From Candidatus Hydrothermarchaeum profundi (lineage in GTDB: Archaea > Hydrothermarchaeota > Hydrothermarchaeia > Hydrothermarchaeales > Hydrothermarchaeaceae), in contig MTMF02000009.1 in NCBI GenBank assembly GCA_002011125.2, forward strand, positions 256,001-320,000: DNA of 64,000 bases, in the 5' to 3' direction. Every line of letters starts with the position of its first letter. The first letter of the stretch is position 1. Below the pieces are notes generated by a model, which was given only the letters and a program-made list of their open reading frames with translations, did no database searches and was not told where the DNA came from. Below, in pieces: positions 1 to 10,123 of this stretch. The translations under genes were made by a program, and so were the position numbers.

Positions 1-156
1 TGTCTATCACAGGATTCCTGCCCAGCATTCCTTTACTCTTCAGAAAAAATAGATAATTGGGAGCTGCCAGATCCAAAGGGTAAGGATATAGACGAATTTC
101 GAAGATTGCGTGATGAAATTAGCTACAGAGTTATAGAATTGATCAAGGAGGTCTAA
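1..156 (+). CDS. arsC: 3' end of an ArsC/low-molecular-weight phosphatase family protein (partial)
   Basis: Frame 1 reads CLSQDSCPAFLYSSEKIDNWELPDPKGKDIDEFRRLRDEISYRVIELIKEV*. W..PDP.G...EFR..RDEI is the typical ArsC/LMWP C-terminus. Confidence 0.75.
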   Translation, partial: CLSQDSCPAFLYSSEKIDNWELPDPKGKDIDEFRRLRDEISYRVIELIKEV

Positions 157-159
157 AAT

Positions 160-813
160 TTGGTTAGGACACCCTTAGAAAAAGGCATGGACAAAATTGA
201 GAGAGAAATATTGGAGATCGCGGAGATCGCAAAAAAAGCGGTTCTTTTGAGCGTAGAGTCTCTAAAAGAGCGTAATATTGAAAAGGCAAAAGAGGTTGCA
301 GATCTTGAAGAGAAAAGTGATATTTTAAATCTTGATATAGACAATGACTGCCTGAAACTACTCGCACTTCAACAGCCAGTAGCGAAAGATCTGAGATTCG
401 TGCACACAATGTTGAAAATAAGCGATAATTTTGAGCGTATTGCTGATCTTGCTCTTAAAATAGCCGAGATAACTCCAAAATACGAGAAAAAGCCTCTTCT
501 TAAGCCATTAATAGATATACCCCGTATGGCTGAAACTATATCACAAATGATAGATACCGATATTACTGCAATTAAAACTAAAGTGCCCCCAGATACCGAT
601 AAGCTGATTAGTGAGGATGATTTCCTTGACGATCTTTATAGTCAGATATATAATGAATTGTTATCCTTCATGCTACGAGATCCTCGCAATATTGACGATG
701 CTACTGACCTTATATTTGTGGCAAGATATTTAGAGCGGATAGGAGACATCGCCGCTAAAACAGGCGCGAGGATCTATTATATGATAACTGGAGAACGGGT
801 CTGGGTCAAATAA
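160..813 (+). CDS. phoU: Phosphate signalling complex protein PhoU
   Basis: LALQQPVAKDLR, ERIADLA and RYLERIGD PhoU repeat motifs. Confidence 0.95.
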   Translation: MVRTPLEKGMDKIEREILEIAEIAKKAVLLSVESLKERNIEKAKEVADLEEKSDILNLDIDNDCLKLLALQQPVAKDLRFVHTMLKISDNFERIADLALKIAEITPKYEKKPLLKPLIDIPRMAETISQMIDTDITAIKTKVPPDTDKLISEDDFLDDLYSQIYNELLSFMLRDPRNIDDATDLIFVARYLERIGDIAAKTGARIYYMITGERVWVK

Positions 814-814
814 G

Positions 815-1576
815 CTATTTACCTAGTAATATTCTTCTTGGATGAGTATAAATATTCATCCTTCTACCACGTACAAACCCCACTAGAGTAAGGTCTGCTT
901 TCTCTGCGCATTCAATACCTGATAATATAGGAGCAGTCCTACTACATACTATAGGAATATTGACTCTTGCCATCTTGATCACCATATCTCCTGGAAGTCT
1001 TCCAGAGCATAGAGCATAAGATTGCGAAAAGTCTACCCCTTTCAAAGCACCCATACCAATAATCTTATCGATAGCTATATGCCTGCTTATATCTTCCACT
1101 ATCAAAAAATCATTACCATTAATAAGAGCCGCTGCATGCAGTGCTCCTGTGATCCTCCAGTTTTTTGCCCTCCTTTGTAGCTCTTTCATGCTATTAATTA
1201 TCTCGCTAAATCCAACACTATAATCAGAAGAGACTTTGATGTCCTCAACTTCAACCCTCACTCTCCACCCGCTAATACAATCCGTAGAGAGATATTGTTC
1301 ATAAGATTTTTCGAATTCTTTTTTAGCTTCTACATAAGCGCAATTTTGCTCGATTCTCACATCTTTAATATCATTTATACCCCTAACTAGACCTTCACCT
1401 ATAAGATAACCAATCGCAAACTCCTTTTCAAACCCTGGAGAAAGCTTCGCCGTAGCAACAGGGATATCATTTACAAGTATCCTTAGCTCCCTCTCTTCCG
1501 CCACATATTCTTCGATTTTTTCACCATTTCTAAATGCAATTATTTTACGAATCATTTTTAAAACTCGCAAATTCAC
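815..1576 (-). CDS. fdhD: Formate dehydrogenase accessory sulfurtransferase FdhD (start may be ~1555)
   Basis: VAEE, TGALHAAAL, EDISRHIAIDKIIG, SGRL and LVGFVRG..NIY motifs. Confidence 0.92.
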   Translation of the reverse strand: MNLRVLKMIRKIIAFRNGEKIEEYVAEERELRILVNDIPVATAKLSPGFEKEFAIGYLIGEGLVRGINDIKDVRIEQNCAYVEAKKEFEKSYEQYLSTDCISGWRVRVEVEDIKVSSDYSVGFSEIINSMKELQRRAKNWRITGALHAAALINGNDFLIVEDISRHIAIDKIIGMGALKGVDFSQSYALCSGRLPGDMVIKMARVNIPIVCSRTAPILSGIECAEKADLTLVGFVRGRRMNIYTHPRRILLGK

Positions 1577-1581
1577 TTTAA

Positions 1582-1950
1582 TTAATCTTCAATTTCAACT
1601 CGTATCTTTTTCAACTTTAATTCTTTACCTTCCAATATTTCAACTAATCCTTCACCACACTTAGGGCAAGTAACTTGTATCGCGTGAGGTTCATTATTAA
1701 TTTCTCCTCTTCCAGTATAACCGCAGTTAATACATCTTATTCGGCCTCGTATTATACTTACCTTCAATGCTACATTGCCCATGATAGTATCTTTTGCGAC
1801 AATTTCAAAAGCATCTTTTAACTCTTTTTCCGAGACATAGTAGAATTCTCCTAGCTCGACTTCTAATTCTTTAACCTCTTTTACTCTATGCCCTTCTAGC
1901 GACTTTTTTACATTTTCAATTATATTTAGTGCTAGTCCAATCCCGTGCAA
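1582..1950 (-). CDS. hypA: Hydrogenase nickel chaperone HypA (likely TTG start at 1950, MHGIGLA)
   Basis: N-terminal MHx motif, CINC and CPKC zinc pairs, located in the hyp operon. Confidence 0.88.
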   Translation of the reverse strand: MHGIGLALNIIENVKKSLEGHRVKEVKELEVELGEFYYVSEKELKDAFEIVAKDTIMGNVALKVSIIRGRIRCINCGYTGRGEINNEPHAIQVTCPKCGEGLVEILEGKELKLKKIRVEIED

Positions 1951-1954
1951 GAGA

Positions 1955-3022
1955 TTAGCCCCCATATCGATAAGCTATATAACAGGTGCCTTCGATAGAT
2001 ACCATGCAGGGCCCTCTAGGTCTACTTGGGGTACAAGCTTTTCCAAAGAGCTTGCAATCTTTTGGATAAAGCCTCCCTATGATTACCAAGTGACAACTGC
2101 ATTGAGGGTCTAGGTCCATTATATCCCCAATCTCAATCTCGTATTTTTCTCTAGCATCATACCTACGGAAATTTTCATTCAATTCCAGTGCAGAGAAGGG
2201 TATTCTCCCAATACCCCTCCACTCACCGCTAACAACTCTATATACTTTATCAAGGAGCGCCCTCGCCTTAGGGTTCCCTTCTTTCCTAACACTGCGGGAA
2301 TAAACATTATCCACTCTATAGTCCTTTTCACGGATTTGCTTAAGCAACATAACAATACCCATTAGTACATCAATAGGCTCAAATCCCGCTATAACAGTAG
2401 GCATCTGATAAGCCCTTGGAAGAATCTCATAAGGCTCTGTACCTATAATGGTAGAGACATGCCCGGGGGCTATGAATCCATCAAGTCTATGCTCTCCAAC
2501 ACCAACCATAAGCTCCATGGCTGGCGGAATAAGCCTATGTGATACTAATAGACTAAAATTTTCCGGCGGGTTAGATACAACCGTAGCTGCTGTAGTAGGT
2601 GAAGTAGTTTCAAAGCCCGTTGCAAAGAAGACTATATCTTTCGAAGGATTTTCAGCTGCCATCCTTAATGCATCTATAGGACCATAAACTACCCTGACCT
2701 CTGCACCTTTAGCCTTAGCCTCAGCCAAAGATGAGTTGCCACCAGGTACTCTAATAACATCGCCAAAAGAGCATACCACCACGCCCTGCTCAGCTAAATA
2801 AATCGCCTCCTCTATATCCCTAGCCGGTGTAATGCATACCGGGCATCCAGGGCCTGCTATCACTTCTATATTTTCGGGCAATAGTGAACGAAGCCCATAC
2901 CTAGTTATCGTATACTCATGGGTACCACACACATGACAAAATTTAAACTTGTCTTTTCCTGCAAGTGCTTTTATTTTTTCAACTGCTTTGCTCACAAGCT
3001 TAGGGTCTCTTAAATCTTCCAT
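1955..3022 (-). CDS. hypD: Hydrogenase maturation protein HypD
   Basis: CHVCGTHE, GPGCPVC, GFETT, PGHVS and GPCMVS.EGTC motifs. Confidence 0.97.
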   Translation of the reverse strand: MEDLRDPKLVSKAVEKIKALAGKDKFKFCHVCGTHEYTITRYGLRSLLPENIEVIAGPGCPVCITPARDIEEAIYLAEQGVVVCSFGDVIRVPGGNSSLAEAKAKGAEVRVVYGPIDALRMAAENPSKDIVFFATGFETTSPTTAATVVSNPPENFSLLVSHRLIPPAMELMVGVGEHRLDGFIAPGHVSTIIGTEPYEILPRAYQMPTVIAGFEPIDVLMGIVMLLKQIREKDYRVDNVYSRSVRKEGNPKARALLDKVYRVVSGEWRGIGRIPFSALELNENFRRYDAREKYEIEIGDIMDLDPQCSCHLVIIGRLYPKDCKLFGKACTPSRPRGPCMVSIEGTCYIAYRYGG

Positions 3023-3243
3023 TCTTCATCTCCACCCAAGAGCATCTTCCATATTCTAAGAGACTCCTTAGCCTCTTCCACGCTCAACTTCTGTATCGCA
3101 AAACCCACATGTACCAGCACGAAATCTCCTACCTTAACATCTTCTAATAGACTAATATCCACCTTTCTTCTTACTCCTCCATAATCAACAAGAGCTTCAT
3201 GGCCTTTTATCTCAACGATTTCCCCAGGTACCGCCAAGCACAT
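3010..3243 (-). CDS. hypC: Hydrogenase maturation chaperone HypC
   Basis: MCLAVPG N-terminus and VLVHVGFA. Confidence 0.97.
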   Translation of the reverse strand: MCLAVPGEIVEIKGHEALVDYGGVRRKVDISLLEDVKVGDFVLVHVGFAIQKLSVEEAKESLRIWKMLLGGDEEWKI

Positions 3244-3450
3244 TTTTAATCCTCAATTGGTTTTACAAATCTTTACCTTTAATATTTTGGGGGACTTCCA
3301 CCAAAGCCCATGATAAAATAAAGTTCGACTTATCTTGCCATCCAGGCTTTTATTATTAATGCCGTCGAATTAATCGCTTAAAAATTAAAGCGAAAATTAT
3401 ATATTTTCAAAAAAAATAATAGTAGAGGGAAGTAAAGAGGAGGTGATATT

Positions 3451-4482
3451 ATTTCTGAGCTGACAAGAAGAAATTTTCTTAAACTATTAGGAACTTTAGG
3501 TGCTGCTACATTTGTTCAAACTTACAGGAACGAACTTATCGATGTATTTGCTGAAGCTGCAGATAAAGGAGTAAAACTGGTATGGATCCAAGGCCAAGGA
3601 GATACAGCGTGTTCTATATCCCTGTTGCAAGGCGTACATCCAGACTTATATGATGCGGTACAAATACTAAACGTGATCCCTGCCTTCCATAACACAATAA
3701 TGCCGCCCTTTGGAGAAGAGGCGATGGAAATACTCGGATCAGTTGTCCCCGACATACTCGTGTTAGAAGGAGCGATTCCAAGCGACTCCATGAAAGGGGC
3801 ATGTATTATAGGCGAGCGAGATGGAAAACCGGTATATTTAAACGACGAACTACGTAGGCTCTCCGACCTTAATCCTAATGCAGCCCATGTTGCAGTAGGG
3901 TCATGCGCTACTCACGGAGGTATTCCTGGGGCACGAGGCAACCCAACTGGAGCTATGGGACTCAAAGATTTATTAAAGGATAGAACTATTGTGAATCTAC
4001 CTGGATGCCCTCCACAAGGCGAACATATTTTACTAACTGCCGCAGCTGTAATCCTTGGACTGCCATTAAAATTGGATTCCCAAGGTAGGCCTCTTGCATT
4101 TTATGGAAGTTTACTTCATGACGAATGCCCAAGGAGAGGTTATTATGACAGCGGCAAGTTTGCGAAAAACTTTAGCGACCCTGAATGCCTTTATAAGCTG
4201 GGGTGTAGGGGTCCTGTAACTTTCGCTGACTGTGCTACTAGGAAATGGAACGGTGGCGTAAACTTCTGTATGCAAGCTGGAGCACCCTGTATAGGATGCT
4301 TTGATCTGAGATTCCCAGATGTCATGAGTCCATTTTATGTAAGCCAGGACACCTTAGAGCTTGATGCAACCAAGAAATTCTTCGACGTATTAATTGCGGG
4401 CACTATGGCTACTGCCGCAGGATATGTCGCGCTTGACGCCTTGGGCAGAAGAAAGAAGAAAGATGAGGAGGAGGAAAAGTGA
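3451..4482 (+). CDS. Group 1 [NiFe]-hydrogenase small subunit with Tat signal and C-terminal anchor; start lies upstream of the ORF-track call (probable ATT start)
   Basis: The frame is open from 3436 and reads ISELTRRNFLKLLG...VWIQGQGDTACSISLL. GSCA, PGCPP, HDEC, CLYKLGC and CIGC Fe-S motifs are present. SD GGAGGTGA lies just before 3451. Confidence 0.9.
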   Translation: MSELTRRNFLKLLGTLGAATFVQTYRNELIDVFAEAADKGVKLVWIQGQGDTACSISLLQGVHPDLYDAVQILNVIPAFHNTIMPPFGEEAMEILGSVVPDILVLEGAIPSDSMKGACIIGERDGKPVYLNDELRRLSDLNPNAAHVAVGSCATHGGIPGARGNPTGAMGLKDLLKDRTIVNLPGCPPQGEHILLTAAAVILGLPLKLDSQGRPLAFYGSLLHDECPRRGYYDSGKFAKNFSDPECLYKLGCRGPVTFADCATRKWNGGVNFCMQAGAPCIGCFDLRFPDVMSPFYVSQDTLELDATKKFFDVLIAGTMATAAGYVALDALGRRKKKDEEEEK

Positions 4483-5132
4483 GAGAATATAAAAGGTTCA
4501 CAGGTAACCAAAGGTGGCAACATATTATCCTCCTCACAACATTTACTCTCCTTGTAATCACAGGTCTCCCAATGAAATATAGATGGGAGTGGGGGCAGGC
4601 CATATTAAAATCAGTAGGATACGTGACTATAAAGTCCATCCATAAATGGGCGGCAATCGGTATGACTTCCGTAGGGGTCTACCATGTTATATGGTATGTC
4701 TTTATTGATAGAGGAAAGAAAAAGATTATTCCTACTACAAAAGATATAACTGATTTCGGGAGATTCATAAAATTCAAATTAGGAATCTCAGAAGAATATC
4801 CTAAATTCGATAGATTTAACTTTGTTCAAAAGTTTGACTACTGGGGCGCCTTTTGGGGAATGGCTATCATGATCATCACTGGCATTGTAATGTGGAAACC
4901 CGATTTGTTCCCCTTCCTTTCCATTACTGTGAGAGAAAGTCTTAGAATCGCACACAGCGAAGAAGCCGTGTTAGCGGCAGTCTTTGTCTTCACTATACAT
5001 ATATATACATCCCACTTAAGGAGAGAAGTGTTTCCATTTGACAAAGTATTTTTGACCGGCAAACTACCCGAGGAGAGAATGAAGGAGGAACATCCTCTGG
5101 AATATGAGGAGTTGACGAAAAAGGAGGTGTAA
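4479..5132 (+). CDS. Hydrogenase cytochrome b membrane subunit
   Basis: Four TM segments with His ligands (QH, IHKW, AHSEE, IHIY), FNFVQKFDYW, located between the small and large subunits. Confidence 0.85.
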   Translation: MREYKRFTGNQRWQHIILLTTFTLLVITGLPMKYRWEWGQAILKSVGYVTIKSIHKWAAIGMTSVGVYHVIWYVFIDRGKKKIIPTTKDITDFGRFIKFKLGISEEYPKFDRFNFVQKFDYWGAFWGMAIMIITGIVMWKPDLFPFLSITVRESLRIAHSEEAVLAAVFVFTIHIYTSHLRREVFPFDKVFLTGKLPEERMKEEHPLEYEELTKKEV

Positions 5133-5135
5133 CCA

Positions 5136-6638
5136 TTGGTTGAAATCGTAATAGATCCTGTTAATAGAATAGAAGGCCATCTTGGCGTAACTGTGAATAT
5201 AGAAAACAACCAAGTCACAGATGCAAAAACTCACGCCAATATGTTCAGAGGGTTCGAACTAATTGTTAGAGGCAGAGACCCGAGAGATGCTCCTGTATTA
5301 TTACAGAGGATATGCGGTGTTTGCCACACTGAGCATAGAATATGCAGCTTGAGAGCGATTGAGAACGCTGCAGGTGTAACGGTGCCAGATGGTGCCAGAA
5401 AAATAAGAAACATTATAGAAGTAGTAACCACTTTGTATTCCCATGCTATCTGGTTCTATGCTCTCGCTGGACCTGACTTCAGTAAATCCTTTGCTGGTAC
5501 AAATCTAGAGAGAATAAACTTCCTAACAGGGGCGGGTTATAAAGAAGCCGTAAGGATGCAGAGGACTCTTCACGAAGTTCTAGCGATTTTTGGCGCTAAA
5601 GTTCCCCACCATATGACCACGGTGCCCGGAGGAGTTACAGTTAAGCCTTCTGCTGACAATATAGGACGGGCCCTTACTAGACTAGTTGAAGTTTCAAATT
5701 GGATAGGAGCTACCGAGAACGTGCCTGCTGTGATTGACAATGTAGTTGACGGAAAATTCGATCCATCTCTTGGAAGCGCCTTGCATGATATAGTGGGTAT
5801 GGTATTAGTAGCAAAAGAGATAGGAGCAGACAAATGGGGCCAGGGTCCGAATAAATTCATATCCTATGGTGTATATGATATGGCAGACGGTTCCTCCTTC
5901 GAGCCAGCAGGATTCTTTGATGGAAAGAAGGCCCATCCTTTAGACGAAAAGAAGATAACAGAAGACGTTAAACATTCCTGGTATACTGACGATAGCGGGG
6001 GAATGTATGTAGGAGATGCGCCGCCTCTAAAACCTGCTTTAGATAAGAGTGGCGCCTATTCCTGGGCAAAATCCCCAAGATATGAAGGCCATGCTGCAGA
6101 GGCAGGTCCTCTTGCGAGGATGGTAATGATGAATGAGATTAAAGGTTCTGCGTTAGGGGATCCTTTTGATCTCAGGAAGAAGCTCGCAGGAGGCGCAACT
6201 GTCGCTAATACTCTTGCGAGGATAATTGCTAGAGCTCAAGAAACCCTAATCTTGCGTGACGCTTTAGTAGAATGGATGGGTGAGCTGGTTCCTGGTGAAA
6301 AGGTCTCAGTACCATATAAAGTACCGGATAACGCCTTCGGCGTAGGACTATGGGAAGCTCCTAGAGGAGCACTCGGACATTGGGTTAGCATAAAAGATGG
6401 TAAAATAGACAGATACCAAGTTATTACCCCTACTGCTTGGAATGTTAGCCCCAGAGACGACAAGGGTCAGATGGGGCCTATTGAGCAAGCTTTAATAGGG
6501 GTACCTGAAACTGATTTTAAGAAGCCTTTAAATGTTGTAAGAACGATCCGATCATTCGATCCCTGCTTGGCATGCACTGTTCACGTGGCAACGCCTAGTG
6601 GCAAAAGATATCAGTTAGAGGTTGGTCCAGTGCGCTAA
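5136..6638 (+). CDS. Group 1 [NiFe]-hydrogenase large subunit
   Basis: DPVNRIEGH, L1 RICGVC, L2 FDPCLACTVH followed by a cleavable C-terminal tail. Confidence 0.97.
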   Translation: MVEIVIDPVNRIEGHLGVTVNIENNQVTDAKTHANMFRGFELIVRGRDPRDAPVLLQRICGVCHTEHRICSLRAIENAAGVTVPDGARKIRNIIEVVTTLYSHAIWFYALAGPDFSKSFAGTNLERINFLTGAGYKEAVRMQRTLHEVLAIFGAKVPHHMTTVPGGVTVKPSADNIGRALTRLVEVSNWIGATENVPAVIDNVVDGKFDPSLGSALHDIVGMVLVAKEIGADKWGQGPNKFISYGVYDMADGSSFEPAGFFDGKKAHPLDEKKITEDVKHSWYTDDSGGMYVGDAPPLKPALDKSGAYSWAKSPRYEGHAAEAGPLARMVMMNEIKGSALGDPFDLRKKLAGGATVANTLARIIARAQETLILRDALVEWMGELVPGEKVSVPYKVPDNAFGVGLWEAPRGALGHWVSIKDGKIDRYQVITPTAWNVSPRDDKGQMGPIEQALIGVPETDFKKPLNVVRTIRSFDPCLACTVHVATPSGKRYQLEVGPVR

Positions 6639-6686
6639 CCTCATGTTTTCTTCTTTTTTTAGAAAATATTAAGTCTACATGGTAAT

Positions 6687-7139
6687 ATGAGAATTGCTAT
6701 AATAGGTGTTGGGAATCTTCTGATGAAAGATGACGGCATTGGAATTCATATTGTGAAGGACCTAGAAAAAATGGATCTACCGCCGAATGTAGAGGTCTAT
6801 GACGCGGATACAAATGCTTTCGCAGTATTGGAGTTTATGAATGGAAAAGATAAAGCAGTGATTATCGATGCATATATGGGTGATGGAGAACCGGGCAGTC
6901 TCTACAAGCTTTCATTTAATCCAAGATGTGAAGAGCCTCCAGAAAACTTCAATCTCAGCCTCCATGACTTTACATTTGCAGATGCCATTAGAAGTGGAGA
7001 AGGCATATATGAACTTCCTAGAGAAATAATAATAATAGGTGTCGAGCCTAAAGAAATAAATCTAGGATTAGAGCTATCTCACGAACTTGAGAGAATTAAA
7101 TCCAAAGTCATAGAAGAAGTTATGAGAGAGCTAGAATAA
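6687..7139 (+). CDS. Hydrogenase maturation endopeptidase (HybD/HyaD family)
   Basis: GVGNLLMKDDGIG, IIDA and SLHD motifs. Confidence 0.93.
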   Translation: MRIAIIGVGNLLMKDDGIGIHIVKDLEKMDLPPNVEVYDADTNAFAVLEFMNGKDKAVIIDAYMGDGEPGSLYKLSFNPRCEEPPENFNLSLHDFTFADAIRSGEGIYELPREIIIIGVEPKEINLGLELSHELERIKSKVIEEVMRELE

Positions 7140-7346
7140 CTTTGAAGCTTTGACTACTTACTTTATTATTTAAGGTATTTTTTAGATTTTTTGTGATCTA
7201 GGGATATATGAATCCCTTACAAATAAAAACTACCAAAGTCGTTTCCTAGATTCTAAAAATGGTTGTGCAGAGTAGGACACAACTTAACAAATTATAAATA
7301 ACATAGCTTACTAATTTATTTTACCAAAAATGGAGGAGGTAGAGTA

Positions 7347-10109
7347 ATGAAAATAACTAGGAGGGGCTTTCTTAAAGCTTCTGCAGTAGTAGGGGCTGCA
7401 GCTGCTTTAGGAGGCTATTCCACTTCTAAAAAATACTTCCCAAATGAATTATTTGCGCCAGTAGAAGCTTCACCGGCAAAGGAAGTAAAAAAAGTTAAGA
7501 CCATTTGCTCCTTCTGCGCTATGGGTTGTGGCTATATAGGCGTTGTAGAAGACGGGGTTTTCACTAAGATGGAACCGTGGACTGATAACCCAATAAATGA
7601 GGGAAGGATGTGTTGCAAAGGCGCTTCTCTTCCTAGCGTTACAAATTCGCCTCGAAGACTTAGATATCCTATGGAAAAGTCAGGCGGAAAATGGAAACGC
7701 ATTTCATGGGAAGAAGCCCTGGATAAAGTCGCAGAGAAAATGAAATACCATAGAGAGACACATGGCCCAGATTCTCTCTTCTTCTGTGGATTGGTCCATG
7801 GGTCAAATGAAGAAGCCTATATGTTTAGGAAATTCGCAATGCTTTTCGGTACAAATAACATCGACCATCAGGCGAGAATCTGCCATTCTACAACTGTCGC
7901 AGGCTTACTAAACACCTTTGGGCACGGTGCCATGACTAACACTACGATAATGATGAGGCATGCGAAATGCCACTTCTTTATGGGCTCTAATGCTGCTGAA
8001 GCACATCCGGTCTTTATGAAAAATGTTTTTAATGCAAGAGATGAAAACGGGGCTAAAATAATTGTAGCAGACCCGAGATTTACAAGGACGGCTGCCTTTG
8101 CTGACCTATATCTGCGTTTTAGACCGGGATCTGATATTGCACTAGTCAATGGACTAATTAGAGAGATTATAAAGAATAACTGGGTAGACTGGGATTATGT
8201 AAATAATAGAACATATGGCTTTGAATATGTCGAAAAAGCCGTAGAACCCTATACCCCAGAGGTAGTTGAAGATATTACTTGGGTACCTGCAGAAGACTTA
8301 AAAAAAGCAGCCAGAATGCTCGCTGAAAATAGACCTAGTAATGTTATCTGGTCCATGGGTGCTACGCAACACAGCGTAGGAACCCAAATCATTAGATCCT
8401 TTGCTATTTTAAATTGTATCCTAGGTAATCAGGGACAGTGGGGCGGAGGCTGCGTGCCAATAAGGGGTCACGACAATGTTCAAGGAGTAACGGATATGTG
8501 TGTGCTATCCCATTTCTTACCAGGGTACTATAGTGTAAAGAGCCAGGGATCATGGGATTACTATGCAAAGGTTTTCAGCGAATCCCCATATACCTCAGGT
8601 AAGATAACTCCCGCAGAACTGAAGGCAAGATTTGGAGGAAAATTCACTGACGCGGCAGGAAAAGAAAAAGATCTGCAACTCCTGCCAGGATTTACTGTAT
8701 CAAATTGGTACAATGGAGTATTATTACCGCCTATTGAGGGAATAGACCAACCGACAAACATACATATGGCAATATTCTGGGGCGAAGCAATAAGCTCTAT
8801 AACGGAGATGAAAAAAGAGAAGGAAGCATTAGAGAAACTTGATATGCTTGTTATTATAGACCCATTCCCAACCGCAGCAGCAGCTCTTCCTGAGAGAGAT
8901 GATGGTATCATATTACTGCCAGCTTCAACTAGACAAGAAGGCTCTGGCAGCGTTACTGATACAGGTAGAGGATGGTTCTGGAGAGATCAAGTTATCTCTC
9001 CTATGTTTGACAGCAAACCTGATATGTGGATACTACAAGAACTAGCTAAGAGACTTGGATTTGGAGACCACTTCGATTACAAGAGTATAGAGGATGTGAC
9101 TAGAGAGATCAATATGGCTTGTAGGCCTATAGGACTGCAGGGTCAAACCCCAGAAAGATTAAAGAGGCAGAAAGAATATGCTCACCTTTTTTCACCTAAG
9201 ACTGGTAGAGCAACGGGAGGACCTGTCGATGGAGAATGGTGGGGACTACCATGGCCGTGTTGGACTGATACCCATCCAGGAACTCCAGTACTCTATAGTG
9301 ATCTATTGCCAGTTAACGAGGGCGGCCATGACGTAAGAGCTAAATGGAAGTATCCCTCAGATGAGCCTAACGCTGGCGATCCTATAGTTCGTGGAGACAC
9401 GCCTCCCTATGGATCAGCAGTTCCTCAATATGCGGGCTATGCTACCGACCTTACCGGCGAAGTAGTTAAAAAAGCACTAGCTGACGGTAATCCCCCAACA
9501 GGCAGAGGTAGGGCTAGGCTTAGGATCGCTGGTTGGGCGGACGAAGTCCCAGTACATAGGGAACCTATAGAAAGCCCACGACCAGATCTTGTAGAGAAAT
9601 ACCCAACATACCCTGATCAGCCTTTCCAGTATAGAATTACCAATGCGGAATTTGCTACAGAACAACAGCGCGCAATAGCTGAAAAACGCTATGAGAAGTA
9701 TCCAATCGTCTTAACTAGCGGTCGTCAAGTAGAGCATCACGGCGGAGGTGCACAGACTAGGAGTTCCTATATCTTAGCAGAACTTATGCCAGAGTTATAT
9801 GTAGAGATAAATCCAAAGCTCGCTGCATCGAAAGGTATAAACAATGGTGATATGGTATGGGTAGAATCTGCGAGGGGCAGGATAAAAGTTAGAGCCAAGA
9901 TAACAGAGAGGGTAAATGAAAAAACGGCATTCGTTCCTTTCCATTGGAACGGTATCTTTGAGGGAGAAGACTATAGCGATAGGTGGCCTGAAGGAACTAA
10001 GGAACTAGTTCAAGGGGACTCCGTTAATATAATCACTTCCCCGGGTGTAGATCAGATCACTCAGATGCAGGAGACTAAAGTAGCCTTGTGCAATATTTAT
10101 AAGGCGTGA
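7347..10109 (+). CDS. fdhA: Tat-exported Mo/W-bisPGD formate dehydrogenase alpha subunit (Cys-ligated)
   Basis: TRRGFLK Tat motif, CSFCAMGC...CCKG [4Fe-4S], DHQARICHSTTV active site, RGHDNVQG, C-terminal molybdopterin-binding domain. Confidence 0.93.
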   Translation: MKITRRGFLKASAVVGAAAALGGYSTSKKYFPNELFAPVEASPAKEVKKVKTICSFCAMGCGYIGVVEDGVFTKMEPWTDNPINEGRMCCKGASLPSVTNSPRRLRYPMEKSGGKWKRISWEEALDKVAEKMKYHRETHGPDSLFFCGLVHGSNEEAYMFRKFAMLFGTNNIDHQARICHSTTVAGLLNTFGHGAMTNTTIMMRHAKCHFFMGSNAAEAHPVFMKNVFNARDENGAKIIVADPRFTRTAAFADLYLRFRPGSDIALVNGLIREIIKNNWVDWDYVNNRTYGFEYVEKAVEPYTPEVVEDITWVPAEDLKKAARMLAENRPSNVIWSMGATQHSVGTQIIRSFAILNCILGNQGQWGGGCVPIRGHDNVQGVTDMCVLSHFLPGYYSVKSQGSWDYYAKVFSESPYTSGKITPAELKARFGGKFTDAAGKEKDLQLLPGFTVSNWYNGVLLPPIEGIDQPTNIHMAIFWGEAISSITEMKKEKEALEKLDMLVIIDPFPTAAAALPERDDGIILLPASTRQEGSGSVTDTGRGWFWRDQVISPMFDSKPDMWILQELAKRLGFGDHFDYKSIEDVTREINMACRPIGLQGQTPERLKRQKEYAHLFSPKTGRATGGPVDGEWWGLPWPCWTDTHPGTPVLYSDLLPVNEGGHDVRAKWKYPSDEPNAGDPIVRGDTPPYGSAVPQYAGYATDLTGEVVKKALADGNPPTGRGRARLRIAGWADEVPVHREPIESPRPDLVEKYPTYPDQPFQYRITNAEFATEQQRAIAEKRYEKYPIVLTSGRQVEHHGGGAQTRSSYILAELMPELYVEINPKLAASKGINNGDMVWVESARGRIKVRAKITERVNEKTAFVPFHWNGIFEGEDYSDRWPEGTKELVQGDSVNIITSPGVDQITQMQETKVALCNIYKA

Positions 10110-10123
10110 GGGAGGTGTGAAGG

